Source of the DNA: Candidatus Thorarchaeota archaeon
GTDB lineage: Archaea > Asgardarchaeota > Thorarchaeia > Thorarchaeales > Thorarchaeaceae
Length of the DNA stretch: 64,000 nucleotides
NCBI GenBank assembly: GCA_038893995.1
Contig: JAWAQK010000001.1
Location: 1 to 64,000, forward strand
Direction: 5' to 3'
Shown: positions 48,578 through 58,151 of the stretch, piece after piece
How positions within the stretch are numbered: the stretch's first letter is position 1
How the letters are laid out: each line of letters begins with the position of its first letter
Program-made: the position numbers and the translations under genes
The notes under the pieces: model-generated
The model's input: the letters and a program-made list of their open reading frames with translations, nothing else
The model's database searches: none
What the model was told of the DNA's origin: nothing

Positions 48578-49600
48578 TCACTGAGCCTCAACAACTGCTG
48601 TGAACAGCGAACAACACTCATCAGACAAGACCACGCGGAGACCTCTCTTTCTCGCATAGTCAAATGCCTCTGGTGTGGGATATGCGATGGCACTCACCCC
48701 CGCATCTATCGCCAGACGATCAGTGAGGACACGGTGTTCTCCCAGTGGTCTTGCACAGCCGAGGATGATAGCCCGTTCGGGCATCGCGAACCTAGATGCT
48801 AGCAAGACCCGTGCTATGTCAATGGGCTCCGGCGGACGCACACCGGTCATCGGAGTCTCATCGAGGGGCATGAATGCTACCACGACTACGGACTTGGTCT
48901 TGTGCCTCGAGATCAGTCTGATTGCGTTGCCCTCGCCCCTGAGACGGCCAAAATAAAGACCGACAACAACGTGCGGTACGATCTCAACACCATTCTCCTC
49001 CAGTAGATCCATTGATCGGTCAAGGGACTCTGGGCCCATATCAAGGTGATATATGTCATGAAGGGTCTCACGGTCGCCGATTATGTCAATCATGGCACCA
49101 TCAACCCCTGCATCAGCCAGTCCCCTGGCGACGTCGGGATACACAATTCCGGTGTGTACCACCAGGTGGAGACCGAGTTCCCTCTTCACTCTCTTCATGA
49201 CCTGCGTGTATCGTGATATGGGAGTGTTGCCAAGCCGCGTAGATCCCCCGCTGACCAGTATTCCCTTGCCACCTCTCCTGACGACTTCCAAGCATATCTC
49301 CCACAGCTGCTCCGGCGTCCTGGCAGGGAGCATACTCTCAAGGAGCTTGCCCCTGCAGTGCTCACAGTTGAGAGAGCACTCCGTACCTGTGACCGAAACG
49401 CTCGGGAATCTGAAGATGTTCGTGCCCGAGTAGAAGTCAGTCTCATAGTGTCGCATGCCTGGCATGTGAAATGATATCACGTCGGAGAACCTCTCCCGTG
49501 TCAGGCTGTAGGCCCGACTGAACAGGTTCTCAAGGACCTCGACCGGAAGGTCCAGGCACTCCTCAACGGACGGAAATGTCTCAGTCAAACTCCGGCTCAT
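48578..49600 (-). CDS. lipS1: radical SAM sulfur insertase LipS1
   Basis: CSLNCEHC plus the GCAR and C-terminal CC signature motifs. Confidence 0.8.
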   Translation of the reverse strand: MSRSLTETFPSVEECLDLPVEVLENLFSRAYSLTRERFSDVISFHMPGMRHYETDFYSGTNIFRFPSVSVTGTECSLNCEHCRGKLLESMLPARTPEQLWEICLEVVRRGGKGILVSGGSTRLGNTPISRYTQVMKRVKRELGLHLVVHTGIVYPDVARGLADAGVDGAMIDIIGDRETLHDIYHLDMGPESLDRSMDLLEENGVEIVPHVVVGLYFGRLRGEGNAIRLISRHKTKSVVVVAFMPLDETPMTGVRPPEPIDIARVLLASRFAMPERAIILGCARPLGEHRVLTDRLAIDAGVSAIAYPTPEAFDYARKRGLRVVLSDECCSLFTAVVEAQ

Positions 49601-50699
49601 CCATCCTATACTCTAGCGAATAGTCCCAGATCTGGGTCCGGATCGTATTCAGGTCGTCGTCTGTTGGCGGAAAGGGCAGGTTTCTCCAATGACCTATGGA
49701 GGCCTGGTAGGGTGTGCAGTTACCCATGGGCCGGTTGCATGCATACTTATGGTTCGGACTCGAGCAGCCAGACGTCATGAAGGCCTCGCCTCTCGAGATC
49801 GTCTGGTCCAGCACCTGTGACGGTACCCCGAAATCAATCAGTTGCCCCATTCTGTTGAACTTCATCTGATCGGCCCTCGCAATGCCCTCGTTGATCATGT
49901 AGCGGGCCAGCTGGACTCTCCGATACGCGCCGAGGGGTGGCTGATGGTGTGTTTCCATGATTGACCCCTCCTCAGGAAAGAAAGAGAATAGATGAGTGTC
50001 TGCACCCCTGTCATATGCGCTCTGTATTGTCTCTATCATCTGCTGCTCGGTCTCGCCTAGCCCAACTATGAGATGGACACCCACGTTGTGTCGTCCGAAT
50101 ATCTCTACGGCCTCGTCCAGTGTCTTCCAATATCGCTCCCACTTGTGTGGGCCGCGAACACCGCTTCCACGTAGCCTGTCAAACAGATCAGGCGTAGCGG
50201 CATCAATGGCCACCCCAATCTTGTCCGCACCGATTTCTCTGACCCTTGCCAGCCACGCACGATCGACTATCGTAGGCGTCACCAACACTGAGATGTGGTC
50301 CATCACTTCCCGCAGGCTAGACACGACCGTGAGTGCGTCCTGACGCGCCCTGCCGGTTGTGATCATTGAAACGCAGATTCTCTCCACGTGAGGACATTTC
50401 CTGTCGGCAATTGCAGCCTTCACATCGTCAACGGAGACAATCGGCCAATCGACTCGAATGAAGGTGTTATTGACCCAGTCCGTATTCGTGACTCGAGAAC
50501 CTGAGAGGCCGCAATAGGCACAACGCGCATGACACCCCTCGTCATACGTGAGCAGCAGATTGATGCAGTAGAGCTTTGCATCCCTGTAGAATCGGCCGTT
50601 CGCCTTACCCATTGTCATATAGGCGGCTAGACTCGTGCGGACAAACTCCGGTGACTCGAGGATCCGATCTTCCTGATTGACAACATCACGTACGGACAT
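49581..50699 (-). CDS. lipS2: radical SAM sulfur insertase LipS2
   Basis: CHARCAYC plus TSGC(x8)CNRP. Start moved to ATG 50699. Confidence 0.8.
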   Translation of the reverse strand: MSVRDVVNQEDRILESPEFVRTSLAAYMTMGKANGRFYRDAKLYCINLLLTYDEGCHARCAYCGLSGSRVTNTDWVNNTFIRVDWPIVSVDDVKAAIADRKCPHVERICVSMITTGRARQDALTVVSSLREVMDHISVLVTPTIVDRAWLARVREIGADKIGVAIDAATPDLFDRLRGSGVRGPHKWERYWKTLDEAVEIFGRHNVGVHLIVGLGETEQQMIETIQSAYDRGADTHLFSFFPEEGSIMETHHQPPLGAYRRVQLARYMINEGIARADQMKFNRMGQLIDFGVPSQVLDQTISRGEAFMTSGCSSPNHKYACNRPMGNCTPYQASIGHWRNLPFPPTDDDLNTIRTQIWDYSLEYRMDEPEFD

Positions 50700-50924
50700 C
50701 TTGGGGGTCACCGACAACGTAGAGAGCCACCTTTGCGCTCTTATTACAGTTTCCATAGGAATATTGCAGGGGGCATGAATGACTGCGCCTCTGCGATTGC
50801 ACCAGGGTCCAGGCTGAGTGAGCACTACTCTTAAGTCTGCAGAGACAGACCGCATCTTGATCGAGACATCCGACCGCAGACAATTGCCAACCCGTATCGA
50901 GATGTCTTTCCCATCACTGGGCAG

Positions 50925-51848
50925 GTGATGAAGACTAGCATGGAGAGGATAGCGTTTAGGCGGAGTCAGTTGCTCACCATTGTACTCATCTGCATTGCAG
51001 CTGTAGTGGGCACTTGGGCATACCTGACAGGGGCCGCTCTTCCCGATGATACGCCACCACTGACTCCATGGAGTGTGTTGATCCTGATAGCAGTTGGTAC
51101 GATGGCAGGTATCCTCGGCGGACTGATTGGCACTGGGGGATGTAGTATAATGCTACCAATACTACACTTCTGGTTGGGCTACCCAGCACCGGTGGCCATT
51201 GGGACCACGCTATTTGCAGTCATCTTCACTGCAACTTCCGGCGGTCACGGCCATCTAATACGTGGAAACATTGACAGGAGCGCTGCAATGTGGTTGGGTG
51301 GCTTTGGTCTGATTGGTATCCTGATAGGGTCGTGGCTGTTTACAATTCTTGCTTCACAAGTAGCATTACTGGGACTCATCCTCGGCATGGCGTTCATCCT
51401 GCCAGCTCTGCGGATGATATGGGAGGGGTCAAGACCTGCGGAACAGCCCCAAAAGGTAGGAGAGATGATCCAAGGCTCAAGATACCGAATGGGAGTCTTT
51501 GGAATCATCATCGGTGTCCTGACGGGCATTGTAGGCCTTGGTGGCGGCTATGCACTTGTCCCCGGCCTGATCTACCTCTTCGGTGCCCCTGTGTATCTCA
51601 CAATGGGCACATCTCTGTTGACCATGATACCCCTTGCACTGGTCGGAGGGACCATCAAGCTTGCACAGGGGTTCGTGGCTCTTGTAGCCGCTGTGACAAT
51701 GGGGGCCGGCTCCACTGTGGGTGCCAGGTTCGCTGCGTCTATAATCAGACGCTTCAAGCCAACTCAACTGAAACTGCTCTTTGGCATCTACTTTCTCTAC
51801 GTGTCGCTGAAGTTCATCCTCGGCTACTTTGGAATCATGATATGGTAG
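50925..51848 (+). CDS. TauE/SafE (TSUP) family transporter
   Basis: Two GxxGxGGG-type repeats (GLIGTGGC, GIVGLGGG), AIGTTL/MGTSL, and about nine TM helices. Confidence 0.92.
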   Translation: MMKTSMERIAFRRSQLLTIVLICIAAVVGTWAYLTGAALPDDTPPLTPWSVLILIAVGTMAGILGGLIGTGGCSIMLPILHFWLGYPAPVAIGTTLFAVIFTATSGGHGHLIRGNIDRSAAMWLGGFGLIGILIGSWLFTILASQVALLGLILGMAFILPALRMIWEGSRPAEQPQKVGEMIQGSRYRMGVFGIIIGVLTGIVGLGGGYALVPGLIYLFGAPVYLTMGTSLLTMIPLALVGGTIKLAQGFVALVAAVTMGAGSTVGARFAASIIRRFKPTQLKLLFGIYFLYVSLKFILGYFGIMIW

Positions 51849-52503
51849 AACACTTCACAGACAGAATGTACTGACTTGATCTGACCAGAGAAGGAGAATG
51901 ATGAATAGTGTATGGGCCCGGTGCGGACGCTCGCACCGGGTACTGAACTACTAGGTCGGTGACCCTAGTCTAGTATCCCACTAGCAGGCAGACCAGCCTA
52001 GGCCGTGATGATCGTCGTACGAGATCACATCTCTTGCTCTGATGTCTCTCGGACGCCTGTGATTGACGCGGCGCTTGCGAGGGGTTGAATGATTGTGTCT
52101 ACTCACTCTCTCACCTCCTGACTCCCTGCAAGGTCGGTCTGCCTAGATGGTAAGAAACAAGTATGCAGTCGACCACTGGCAATCAGCCCACACTCGTCGG
52201 AAAAGTACGAGAGAAGCAGATAGTCCAACACTGACGACGACCTGACTGCCGTGACTCCGTTGGTATGATCCGGGTGAACCATCTTGGAGCAGTTACACCT
52301 GCACATAAGAACAACTGGTGAATGCGAATAAATCTTTGCACGACGTCCCTGGTCCTTCGTGGCGGCAAATAGGGGCATTCTATGAGCGTAATGTGTTTCG
52401 AAGGGCGGCCTGGCCGAAACTCAGAGAAGGGCCGGACGAAGAAGTTCCGTGAGACCCGCTATGACACAATGCATAAGTGCGAACATCATGAAGGAGGTCG
52501 CTG

Positions 52504-53451
52504 ATGGTGCCTCTATCACGGATATACAGAAAGGCAATGATCACTCTACTTGAACTGGGGGTCATACTCACACCCACTGCGTTATGGTGGATCGTCATGG
52601 ATGGACTTGGACTCCCAGTCATGTCGGTCTTCCTGGAACTTGCGCTTCCTATAGCCGGACTCGGACTTGTGTTCCTCATGCTCGGAGGCATCGAGGTCGT
52701 GATGAACATCCATCAACACAGTGTCGCTGTCCGGGGCATCAAGTCCGTCCTCAGCTCCGCCAATATCTCCGGCCAGTTTACCCCGGCAATGCAACCGGCA
52801 TATCTCCTTGCGGACTCAATGGACAGAGAGGTGCTCGCAGCCATCAGGGAGATTGGCTCAGACATCCTCGACATAGAGGATCATCTGGCAAGTAGCGCAG
52901 TGCTCCCTGCCGGACAGGACACCTACCGTGTCCTCGCCAAGCTGCGAATGTTGGGGCTGATCATGATATCAGAGAAATGGGGGAAGGTGTTTCTGACTTC
53001 GGCAGGGATTGATGCACTGAATACGCCTGCAATCATGTACACGACGCGGATCCCCGATCAAGTCTGGAACTATGTGTTTAGCGAGAAGGTCCATCTGTGG
53101 AATCAAGAGTGGGGCGAAGTCGTGATCTCTGCTACGAGAGCACTTGAGGCTGCAATGAAGGAGAGGGTCAGGGTCAGTGTGAGCGCACGGCCTGAGCTGG
53201 AACAGGAGATAATGGAGATGGCTGCCGGCAAGCCGGTTGAGACCTGGAGCGCAGGCAATCTGCTTGGAGCCCTGCGTAAGATAGGCGTGGTGAGATCCAG
53301 TAGCCTTGAGGACGTGTTGGCTGGCGAGATCATAAAGACGAGGAATCTGGTTCACGACAAGGGAAGAGAGTACACGTTCGGACCGGGAGATGCGGACCGC
53401 TGCGACACATGCCTGAGTATCCTGCTGAGGTCATGGTATGGTCCCCGGTGA
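52504..53451 (+). CDS. membrane protein with wHTH and C-terminal HEPN-like domain
   Basis: Two N-terminal TM helices, a wHTH-like segment (LAKLRMLGLI...LTSAG), then SATRALEAAMK...KTRNLVH. Confidence 0.65.
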   Translation: MVPLSRIYRKAMITLLELGVILTPTALWWIVMDGLGLPVMSVFLELALPIAGLGLVFLMLGGIEVVMNIHQHSVAVRGIKSVLSSANISGQFTPAMQPAYLLADSMDREVLAAIREIGSDILDIEDHLASSAVLPAGQDTYRVLAKLRMLGLIMISEKWGKVFLTSAGIDALNTPAIMYTTRIPDQVWNYVFSEKVHLWNQEWGEVVISATRALEAAMKERVRVSVSARPELEQEIMEMAAGKPVETWSAGNLLGALRKIGVVRSSSLEDVLAGEIIKTRNLVHDKGREYTFGPGDADRCDTCLSILLRSWYGPR

Positions 53452-53476
53452 TTAGTCCACCTGCCAGGACTTCCAC

Positions 53477-54331
53477 CTATGACTGCTCGTCCTCAACTAC
53501 CGAAGCTATTCGAAGGGACCTTACAATCTCCTTGCACCGGGTTCTCAGTGTCACCTCGGTCACTCCGGCACTGAGCGCAATGGTCGCCTGGGGAATCCAG
53601 CAGTTGAGGTGTCTTCCTGCCAAGTAGATGGCCGCAGCCGCCATACCCCACGGATCCCTTCCAGCGACAAGTCCTCGCTTCTTTGACTCCTCGACTATGT
53701 CACACGCGTGCTTCACAACTTCGGTTCTAAGGTGCAGCTCTGCAGCCACACTCCTCACAGCCGCAGTCGGGTCAGGAGGAGGCGGTCTCAGGTGTAGCGA
53801 GCGGGCAACGATCCTGAATACCCTTTTGAGACGCTCTTCTGACACTCCAGCCATGCTTGCAACTCTGCCTAATTGTACAGGCTCTCCGGACATCCTACAG
53901 GCCGCATACACGGCAGCAGATACCAGTACGTCTCTGGATCGACCTCGAAGACAAACATGGCCAAACGCATCTCTCAGTATTCCCGATGCGATGACCCTGG
54001 TCTCATCGGGGATACCAAGCTTGAATGCGAGCGAGTGAAGACTGAACAGTGAATCACTCAGAAGACGTCTGCCCCTACGCTGGGATCTCACAGACAGTCT
54101 CCTCGTGATGTCAGTCCTGGGGCTTGTCACGCGACCAGGTCCGGAGTGTGTTGCAAGTGCAGTGTCTGCATTCGTCGACGTACCTGACGTCGTAGCACGA
54201 AGGGCATCCCGACCGGAGCCAGAAACGGACTTGACACTCGGGTCGTGACGATCTGAGGGAGAGTAATAGTCGTCAAGACGCGACTGCCAGTTGTGGTCTA
54301 GGTGGTCAGACTCACCGTCTCGCACTCTCAC
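53477..54331 (-). CDS. tfb: transcription initiation factor IIB paralog lacking the Zn ribbon
   Basis: Two cyclin repeats (LRGRS...AAVYAACR; AGRDPWGMAAAAIYLA) and C-terminal GVTEVTLR.R.KEI. Confidence 0.85.
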   Translation of the reverse strand: MRVRDGESDHLDHNWQSRLDDYYSPSDRHDPSVKSVSGSGRDALRATTSGTSTNADTALATHSGPGRVTSPRTDITRRLSVRSQRRGRRLLSDSLFSLHSLAFKLGIPDETRVIASGILRDAFGHVCLRGRSRDVLVSAAVYAACRMSGEPVQLGRVASMAGVSEERLKRVFRIVARSLHLRPPPPDPTAAVRSVAAELHLRTEVVKHACDIVEESKKRGLVAGRDPWGMAAAAIYLAGRHLNCWIPQATIALSAGVTEVTLRTRCKEIVRSLRIASVVEDEQS

Positions 54332-54600
54332 CCATAGCCCCTTTGCTAGTCAGTCCTACCGTGGCATCGACGTCTGATATAGGTAAGGCTCACCATGAAT
54401 AGTGTTTGTCGTTTTTATGAGTTGTTGCGATATCCACAAGAGATCCTACCCGGATAAGACTGTCCAGACGGATACTTCGGTCGACTTCGTCTCGCGCACC
54501 GTTTCTAATGCTCACTGGAGAGCTGCGGCAAATCATCCTTAGCTGCACAGGACAGCGTGGTATGAACAGCAGTCGGAGCCGGATTCGGACGCCATTGCCC

Positions 54601-56745
54601 TCATCCCAGCGAGTATCTGTATCTGTCAATGAACTCTCGTTTCTTGGAGGATCCCCACGAACTCAGTGATTGGCTGTAGCCAGTGATGCGCGATATGACC
54701 TCGACGCCCACATAACCACATCTCGGGCAGGGTATCCTACTGAGTTCATCAACCGAGTTGAACTTCGTGACTCGCCAATCGATACCGCCCTGGTAGGAGC
54801 ACTTTGGACAGACTAGAATGTCTTTGGTGAAAGCCCAATATGCTGCCAGAGTTTCCCGAGCGATCTTGAGGTTGAGCCTCCACAGAGCATCAGGATCAGG
54901 ATCTGCCTCACCCAGGAACACGTGTGTCAGTGCGCCTCCATCCATATAGGGATGGAACATGGCCTCTTTCTTGACGCGTTCAGTCAGAGGCAGACCCGCA
55001 CCGACGTAGAGGCAAGTGCTATTCGTGTAGTAGACATCGGGGGCCTCTCCCTTCAGGTATTTCCTGATTCCTGGGTATAGCCTGTAGTCCTTCATCGCTA
55101 GTCGTCCGGCCGCGGTCTCAGCCGGCGTTCGGGTCACACCGAAATGCAGACCAGTTTCCTCCTTGAACTCGTCAGCCCTGGCCTTCAGGTGTTTCAGCAC
55201 CTTTATTCCAAAGCGTGTGCCTTCCCTCTCGTGAAGAGGATATCCAGTCACTATCTCAGCCATCTCGTTAAAGCCCACCGTACCAAGCAGATACTCTCTC
55301 CTCGTGACATCAATGAGTGGCTTTCCGTTGGGCTTGGGCTGTGTGTAGAATGGCACACTGCCGCTCTCAATCAGCTTCTGCATCAGTCGCTTCTTCTCAA
55401 GAATGACGCCCTTGCAGAGCTCAATGTACTCGTCAAGCTTGGCAAAGAATCTGGCCTCGTCAGCCCGGCCGAGCCACGCCGCACGACCGAAGTTTGGAGT
55501 GACCATCTGCGATGCTCCGAATACCATATTTCCTGTGAGGAACTCTTCCATCTCTTCCTCGCTACTTGCGGTCCAAAGATGGGAACAACAGCTACTACAA
55601 CCGGCCTCAATGCTCGATCTCCAGTTGAGGTAGTTCTCAAAATAGGGTGAACCAAACTTGGCAGCCAACTCTGATACAAGTCGCCAAGAACCTTCGTGTT
55701 CAGGAGTCATGAACTCCTCGCGCAGGACTATGTTCGGCTTGGGGAAATTGAAGCCCTTGCCTCTGGCATCTCCTGCAATCATGACCTCCATGAATGCATC
55801 GAAGAACTCACGTGCCTCCAGGTCAAAATCGCCATAGGTGAGATCAGTGACCTTGCCTCCCGGCAGGACAGCAGGTACATCGCGCATTATCTTTGGGATT
55901 CCCGGGGTCAGATCGATTGATGAGAAGATCACCTGGCCACCACGGGCAACATATTGCTGGGTGAGTGTGAATATCAGTTGCTGAGCGGCCTGTTTGATCT
56001 CCCTAAAGGTGTGGCCTCTCATGAAGGGCGCAAGGAAAGTGTTGTAGAAGAAGAATCCCTGTCCCCCTGCGAATGAGCTCTGGGCAGCAGCTAGCCATAT
56101 GGCAGAGTGATTGACGGCGACGTTCAGATGCTGAGCCGGCCCAGCAGCACTCGAATGCATGCCTCCCAGTCCATCAGGTGCGATTCCCAGAAGGAGTACC
56201 TGGCGCAGGTCCCATGTCGCACAGTAATCACGTGTGGAGAAATACTCTCTGTCCTTGATGTAGATGTCACCCCTCAGGTGTGCATCGGCCAGCTTGGGGG
56301 GAATAGTCAGATAGCAGTGTTGCTCCATGACCTGGTCGTGGACAAGTTTTGCAATCGTCTCGGGGTTGCGCATGAGATTGGCATTCGACGTGAATAGCCC
56401 AGGACTGCTTATGAGTTGGTTCAGGTCATAGATGGGTATACCGACCCGTGTATACCTGATACGCTCTGCCTCCAGCCCCATTTCCGCCAAGACACTGTTG
56501 CACATCTCACGTATCAGGGGACCAGAGAGAAACTTGATTCCGGAGGCGGCAATCCGATCCATCACCTTCAGTGCAACTGTTCGTGCAATGGTTTCACTCA
56601 TGCCGGTCTCGCGCACTAGGCTGCCCACTATACGGCTGGAGTCGAATGGTTCCATTGTGCTGCTTGTAGTACGCACCTGGGGGAGCTTCTTCTCCCTGGA
56701 CTTGACGCTCTCCAAGTCAGCACCGGTTTCTGTGATCTCGGTCAT
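54601..56745 (-). CDS. nrdD: class III (anaerobic) ribonucleoside-triphosphate reductase with ATP cone
   Basis: ATP cone, AHLRGDIYI, RGGQVIFS, FPKP, TPAETAAGRLA..D, YYTNS, CPKC/CPRCG, and the glycyl-radical loop SRITGY. Confidence 0.95.
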   Translation of the reverse strand: MTEITETGADLESVKSREKKLPQVRTTSSTMEPFDSSRIVGSLVRETGMSETIARTVALKVMDRIAASGIKFLSGPLIREMCNSVLAEMGLEAERIRYTRVGIPIYDLNQLISSPGLFTSNANLMRNPETIAKLVHDQVMEQHCYLTIPPKLADAHLRGDIYIKDREYFSTRDYCATWDLRQVLLLGIAPDGLGGMHSSAAGPAQHLNVAVNHSAIWLAAAQSSFAGGQGFFFYNTFLAPFMRGHTFREIKQAAQQLIFTLTQQYVARGGQVIFSSIDLTPGIPKIMRDVPAVLPGGKVTDLTYGDFDLEAREFFDAFMEVMIAGDARGKGFNFPKPNIVLREEFMTPEHEGSWRLVSELAAKFGSPYFENYLNWRSSIEAGCSSCCSHLWTASSEEEMEEFLTGNMVFGASQMVTPNFGRAAWLGRADEARFFAKLDEYIELCKGVILEKKRLMQKLIESGSVPFYTQPKPNGKPLIDVTRREYLLGTVGFNEMAEIVTGYPLHEREGTRFGIKVLKHLKARADEFKEETGLHFGVTRTPAETAAGRLAMKDYRLYPGIRKYLKGEAPDVYYTNSTCLYVGAGLPLTERVKKEAMFHPYMDGGALTHVFLGEADPDPDALWRLNLKIARETLAAYWAFTKDILVCPKCSYQGGIDWRVTKFNSVDELSRIPCPRCGYVGVEVISRITGYSQSLSSWGSSKKREFIDRYRYSLG

Positions 56746-57047
56746 TTTCCGTTCACCCCGACAGCCTCTCGGACTTGTTCGACTGTTGGAACCCTACCGC
56801 TCCACAAGACTGTCAGTCCCTTGCCATTCTCAACAAGAATGGTGGGCGTTGATGCAATAAAGACTTGTGCCTCTAACAGTCTGTACTCGAAGTCAGGGTC
56901 CATCTCATCAAGATCAACTTCCTTAACAGACACACACGTTCCCTCGAGGGCCTCAGACAGTACCAGCTTTGCAGCTGGACAATTGACGCACCCCTTCTGT
57001 GTGATCAGATAGACCGTAGTCAAGTCAGCTTGTCCTCCCGACGACAT
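56742..57047 (-). CDS. thioredoxin/glutaredoxin-like protein (NrdH-like)
   Basis: CVNC and cis-Pro STPTI motifs. Its stop overlaps the nrdD start. Confidence 0.8.
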   Translation of the reverse strand: MSSGGQADLTTVYLITQKGCVNCPAAKLVLSEALEGTCVSVKEVDLDEMDPDFEYRLLEAQVFIASTPTILVENGKGLTVLWSGRVPTVEQVREAVGVNGK

Positions 57048-57469
57048 CTGCAAGCACCCGGCGCCTGTATTGATCACAGGTACTGGAGATGACACCTACG
57101 GTTGAATAAAAGTCTTGGCACACCGGAATCTTCCAGCATGGAGCGCTCTGTAGGCTCTTGGAGCCCTTGCTCGAACGGGTGTGATACATTGTCAGAGTCA
57201 TGTGCCCGGTGACCCTTAAGAGCTCCTACGAGGAACACTTCCAGAATCAGGTCGGGCGAATTGCAGTCGCACCGGATGACTCGTGACGCGAGAGGGGGAC
57301 AGGACTCGCTGCACTGCTCACCCCTCCTTGCAGGATTGCGCCACAGACACCTGGACGGAATTGCTAAGACGACCGTGTTCTGACCATGTCACGAAGGCAA
57401 GGAGAATCTCCAGAGAGGACAACAAATCATAATAGGTTCATGCAGAACGACGCCAACAGGTACGAGGCA

Positions 57470-58093
57470 ATGCCCATCTATCTGAGAGCAAGGACGCCCG
57501 CGGCTGGATGGCGAATGGTTGTAAGAAGAATCATGGAATCGGGAAACACTAGACTTGACGAGCGAGGACTGGAGACCCTTTGGCTCGACAACGTGATGAT
57601 CCACGTCCAGGATCCCTACACCGACAGACTGGCATCCGAGTACCCATTCAGCGAGGATGTGATCAAGAACAAGTACGCAACTCAATTACTCACGCCTGAC
57701 AGGTTGGACTTCGAGTATACGTACGGTGAACGACTCAATGCTTGGGGTGACGAGAGGATCAACCAGGTACAGTATGTAATAAGGAAACTTCGAGAGAACA
57801 AGAATACCCGTCGCGCCGTGGCGACCACCTGGGACCCGAGGAGGGACCACAAGACTGACGAGGTCCCCTGCCTGAACCATTTCGTGTTCATGACCAGAGA
57901 GGAGGAACTGGATGTCTCGGTAATGATCAGGTCCAACGACATGTTTGGTGCATGGCCGGCGAACGTCTATGGAGTGTCGGAGCTACTCAGAAAGATCTCA
58001 GCAGACACTGGACTCCGACCGGGAAGAGTCACGACCCTGTCAGTCAATGCTCACATATACAGACACGACTGGGAGAGAGCATCTACAATCTGA
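57470..58093 (+). CDS. thyA: thymidylate synthase (archaeal ThyA type)
   Basis: YTYGERL, TRRA, VPCL, RSND...AWPAN and AHIY motifs. Start is probably ATG 57470. Confidence 0.92.
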   Translation: MPIYLRARTPAAGWRMVVRRIMESGNTRLDERGLETLWLDNVMIHVQDPYTDRLASEYPFSEDVIKNKYATQLLTPDRLDFEYTYGERLNAWGDERINQVQYVIRKLRENKNTRRAVATTWDPRRDHKTDEVPCLNHFVFMTREEELDVSVMIRSNDMFGAWPANVYGVSELLRKISADTGLRPGRVTTLSVNAHIYRHDWERASTI

Positions 58094-58151
58094 TTGGCAG
58101 AGCGGTTGTCTTCAATACAGGATGGGCCAGATAGTGACGGAGCGTGCTGCA

